From Hyphochytrium catenoides (taxonomy: Eukaryota > Protista > Hyphochytriomycota), in NCBI GenBank assembly GCA_900088475.1, contig FLMG01003792.1, forward strand, positions 1-64,000: a stretch of 64,000 nucleotides of DNA, given 5' to 3'. The position numbers and the translations under genes were made by a program. Within the stretch, counting starts at the first letter, position 1. Each line of letters starts with the position of its first letter. The notes under the pieces were generated by a model, which made no database searches, was not told where the DNA came from, and worked only from the letters and a program-made list of their open reading frames with translations. Positions 61,001-64,000 of this stretch are shown piece after piece.

Positions 61001-64000
61001 CACTGCCACTCATAGTGTTGTTAACGTTGTACGGCCAGGAAAGAGTAGAGGGCATGATCGGATGAAATCTAGCTCCAGATACATCGCTAAGACGGGGGCT
61101 AAAGGTCTCAATATCAAAATCTAGAATACGTCCTGCATACTTGTCAAAGAGACCGACCCGAATGGGCTCGCCCCAGCCCCTCGCGCCATTGAGAGTAGCC
61201 TCTGACGTGGCATTATCCCCACATGTCCAGAGAGGCTCCGCTATTCCAAGGCCTGTTACATTTAATGATGTGGAGAGAGTGAATTCGTAGCCGATGATGA
61301 CTCTGCCAGACGCGTTTCTGGTGTCGGGATTGCAGGAGTGCAACACGACGTCTGGTAGGAGCACCGCAAGCTGCCCTGGTGGCGCAGTGTACACCCTGAT
61401 AGGCGTGGAAGGATAGGAATAACGAAAGGCGTCCAGTAAGAGGTTTATGCCTGCGCTTTCAATTTCATTGCTTACCTTGAGAATAATATTGATACACTAG
61501 GTAGTAGTGGTCCTGGCGTGGTGCTTGGCGTGGACCATAGCCAGGGCGGAAGAGAATGGCCCCACTTCATGAAGTTTTCAGGAGCGATATAATCGTTGTG
61601 GGACCATCCTGAGAAGAGGAGCGAGCCAGAATTCCACCATGAGCCCCATGAAGAATAAGATGCTCCTTGATAGCTCGAGTTCGGTCGCGATATATTCGAA
61701 TACGCGCGGGCAAAAGGCAGAACTGCAGCCACTCCGTAACTTCCTCCCTCTGGTAGTAGAATAGGGGTTTCAAGGCCCCCAGCTTGCTGCATGCCATTTA
61801 TGTCCGAAGACCATGGACCGATCATCATGCTCGCAATCAGGTACGGACTCGTTGGATCAGTGAGGTTGTATAGCCCTAAGTTAGTAAGCACGTTCCTGGT
61901 GTTCAATGTAGTATGGTTTCCAAGGCGACAAACTTCGTTGTAAGGCGGCAGCGCCACACCAAAGCCTTTTATGAAGACCGCCGCCGATGTCGAGAAAGTA
62001 AAGGCCGAGTATGAACCGTTCTGGGCTCTGATGTGACAGATGTCGCTGCTGCTGCGATAAAGGCTCGGCAGGAGTTCGCTAGAGTAAACTCGGGAACTGG
62101 GTTGTATTCTGCCGCAGGACAAAGACAAAGAGTCTGTGAGTGCGATCGATAGGAACTTTTACGGGTGGTTTACCAACAAACTGAAGAGATACCTTATGAG
62201 CATCATATTCAGCAAGCCGCGTGCTGCGCTAGTGGTACAGTTTCCAGGACTGTCAGAGCAGGACATAGTAGTATGGTTGATGTTTAGGTATTCCAAGCGG
62301 TCAGGAAGTCTGTGTTCGCCTCTTATGAGATCGGAACCGTCGGAGACTCTTTGTTCAAAAGCTCTTCCGATGGTAAGGACAGGCAGCCCTCCGGAAGCAT
62401 CGTCAGACAGTTCAACGGCCGCGGTTGCAAGTCTCGTTAACCTGAAGGGTAGGACTCCGACGAGGGTATACTTTTGCCCTTTTAGGAGAGTAAGAGAAGA
62501 CGGGATGGACGATGATGTCGAAGCACGAAGAACAGTTATACTACCGAAATAGGACACGCTACTACTCATGCTGGCCTGGGCCGCGGACGGATCATGTTCG
62601 TAAGCAAGATCGGTCGGGCCAACCACCGCGGACGCCAGCAAAGTTCCACCGTCGTCATAAAGACCCATTATGCTTGACCACTTGACGTTCCATAGAAGAC
62701 CTTCCTTGTCATCGATGCATGGATTGCTAATAATCTCGTCTTTGGTTGGAATGTGAGTTCCCATCTCAGTAAGTGCAAAGTCAGCAGTAGGGACAAAAGA
62801 AAACCCAGTCAATGTCTCTTCCGGAACGTAACAGGCATTAGCCATCTTTGGGCTGAAGTAGGGCCTGGCAAGTGTGTCCACGGCAACTTCAAAGCTGGAA
62901 GTGCTACAAGAATAGAAAGAGGATGTGAGTAGTGAAGTGACCCCACATCTACGTTTCGGGGTTACGTGATCATGATTGTTCCAAGCGCTCTCTAATTTGC
63001 GTACCTGGAAAACAAGAAGTCCACCAGTGGAACCGTTCGTGACATGGAGGGATCATCGTAGTTGTATAGACTACTCGATGCTAGGACTGGAGCAGTCTGG
63101 GGTAAGGCATGCCCAGGTCCGAACCCTGATGGTGCCGCTCCGTAGAGCCTTGATACAACTATAAGTCTTTCGTTATAGTTGGAGTAGACGTAGCCCTCGA
63201 CCACATAGGAGACAAGTGCCAAGATAGCATAGCGTCTTCCCGGAAGCAACGTTATTGGTCCATCCTCTATGACGTTGTAGACTGCTGCACCAGAGGACTG
63301 GCTTGGACTGGCAGAGCCAGAAGATCGATGAAAAACGTTCGTTGAGCCCAGGAGGCTACCGGCGGTTAGGTCATAGACGGCCACGGGTACAGCAGACTCC
63401 AAGGGTCCGGATCCTTCTCCGTAGGTGGTCCACGGACTAACTATTCCCAACGCAGTCACCGACGTCATGACTTGCGGAGAGACCTCGATGCCCGTGAAGA
63501 AGCATGCAGCTTGTTGAAGCTGAGGGTGGAGGCCGCCTGGTCCGCTAGAGTAGGTGCTATACCAGAGGGGAGATTTTCCGCTAAGTGTTCCAGCAGCCGA
63601 CCTGTCAAACCCAAAAGAGAATTGTCAGTGCAAGAGATTGCCCAACCACCTACCAAAATAACTCATAATGGAATAGATTCTACCTCGTATATAGAACAGA
63701 CATAGTTGGAGCCTCGACTGGTGTTGCCCAAATGTAGCCCTGATCCCATGCTGGAAATGGGCTAGCAATGGGTCCCAAATAATCAAAGCTGGACTCCATT
63801 CCCCACCCTCCTGACATAAACTTTGGTACATTCGTGTATGACGTGTTCATGATAACCGCATACTCCGCGCCGGCCATGAGCTGAATGGCGGGCAAGACAG
63901 CTGCATACCGGAATCGGTCAATGGCAGCATTGGCGAAGTTAACCGTCACATTGGCAAGCAGAATGCCACCTTGTTGTTGAGCATAGAGTGAGACCGTGGC
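49030..64000 (-). CDS. Giant modular protein, 5' end outside the window; 22 exons in window: >64000-63684, 63601-63005, 62903-62193, 62108-61476, 61395-60715, 60650-59856, 59784-59245, 59152-58556, 58439-57756, 57667-57020, 56945-56280, 56198-55458, 55380-54850, 54775-54155, 54086-53568, 53470-52883, 52810-52620, 52562-52166, 52088-51030, 50938-50381, 50311-49664, 49561-49030; about 21 DUF4082-like modules plus a distinct C-terminal domain
   Basis: Hand splicing at GT-AG sites gives an uninterrupted frame of about 13.25 kb (about 4,400 aa). Each module has G(F/Y)xF...(L/I)TGLG(V/I)...(V/I)G(I/L)YD...G.LL...L..G..Y.(L/V), and most end in Y-x-R or a similar Arg at the intron. Many N-x-S/T sites. 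Confidence 0.88.

Noticed and set aside
49030-63949. Treating the roughly 20 minus-strand ORFs as an operon of separate paralogous genes
   Set aside because: Each ORF ends at a GT donor and resumes after an AG acceptor in matching phase, and most lack ATG starts or signal peptides, so they are exons of one gene.

Overview
Eukaryotic, intron-rich genomic DNA with GT-AG introns of about 55-370 bp, (CT)n microsatellites and three N gaps. The kinase, PAN/apple and membrane-protein styles suggest a stramenopile-type protist or alga (inference). Intact genes spliced by hand: an 8-exon CAX Ca2+/H+ exchanger, a 5-exon secreted PhoD alkaline phosphatase, an intronless AGC kinase with a DFD motif, a 2-exon lipocalin with a PAN/apple domain inserted inside it, an 11-exon OSCA/TMEM63 channel, a Cys-rich GPI-type surface protein and a Reeler-domain GPI-type protein. 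From 49.0 kb to the window edge lies the 3' part of a giant minus-strand gene (22 exons, about 4,400 aa in the window). It is built from about 21 DUF4082-like beta-sandwich modules, almost one per exon. Twenty of its 21 introns are phase 2, and a 6-exon block is duplicated with a period of about 4.44 kb. This is the best candidate for an undescribed system. Between the genes are decayed mobile elements (CRE-like non-LTR retrotransposons in inverted pairs; probable KDZ/Zisupton, piggyBac, PIF/Harbinger and hAT relics), an Nha1-type antiporter pseudogene, tandem duplications and hairpins. No rRNA, tRNA or CRISPR array was recognised. Family names come from motif recognition only; no searches were run.
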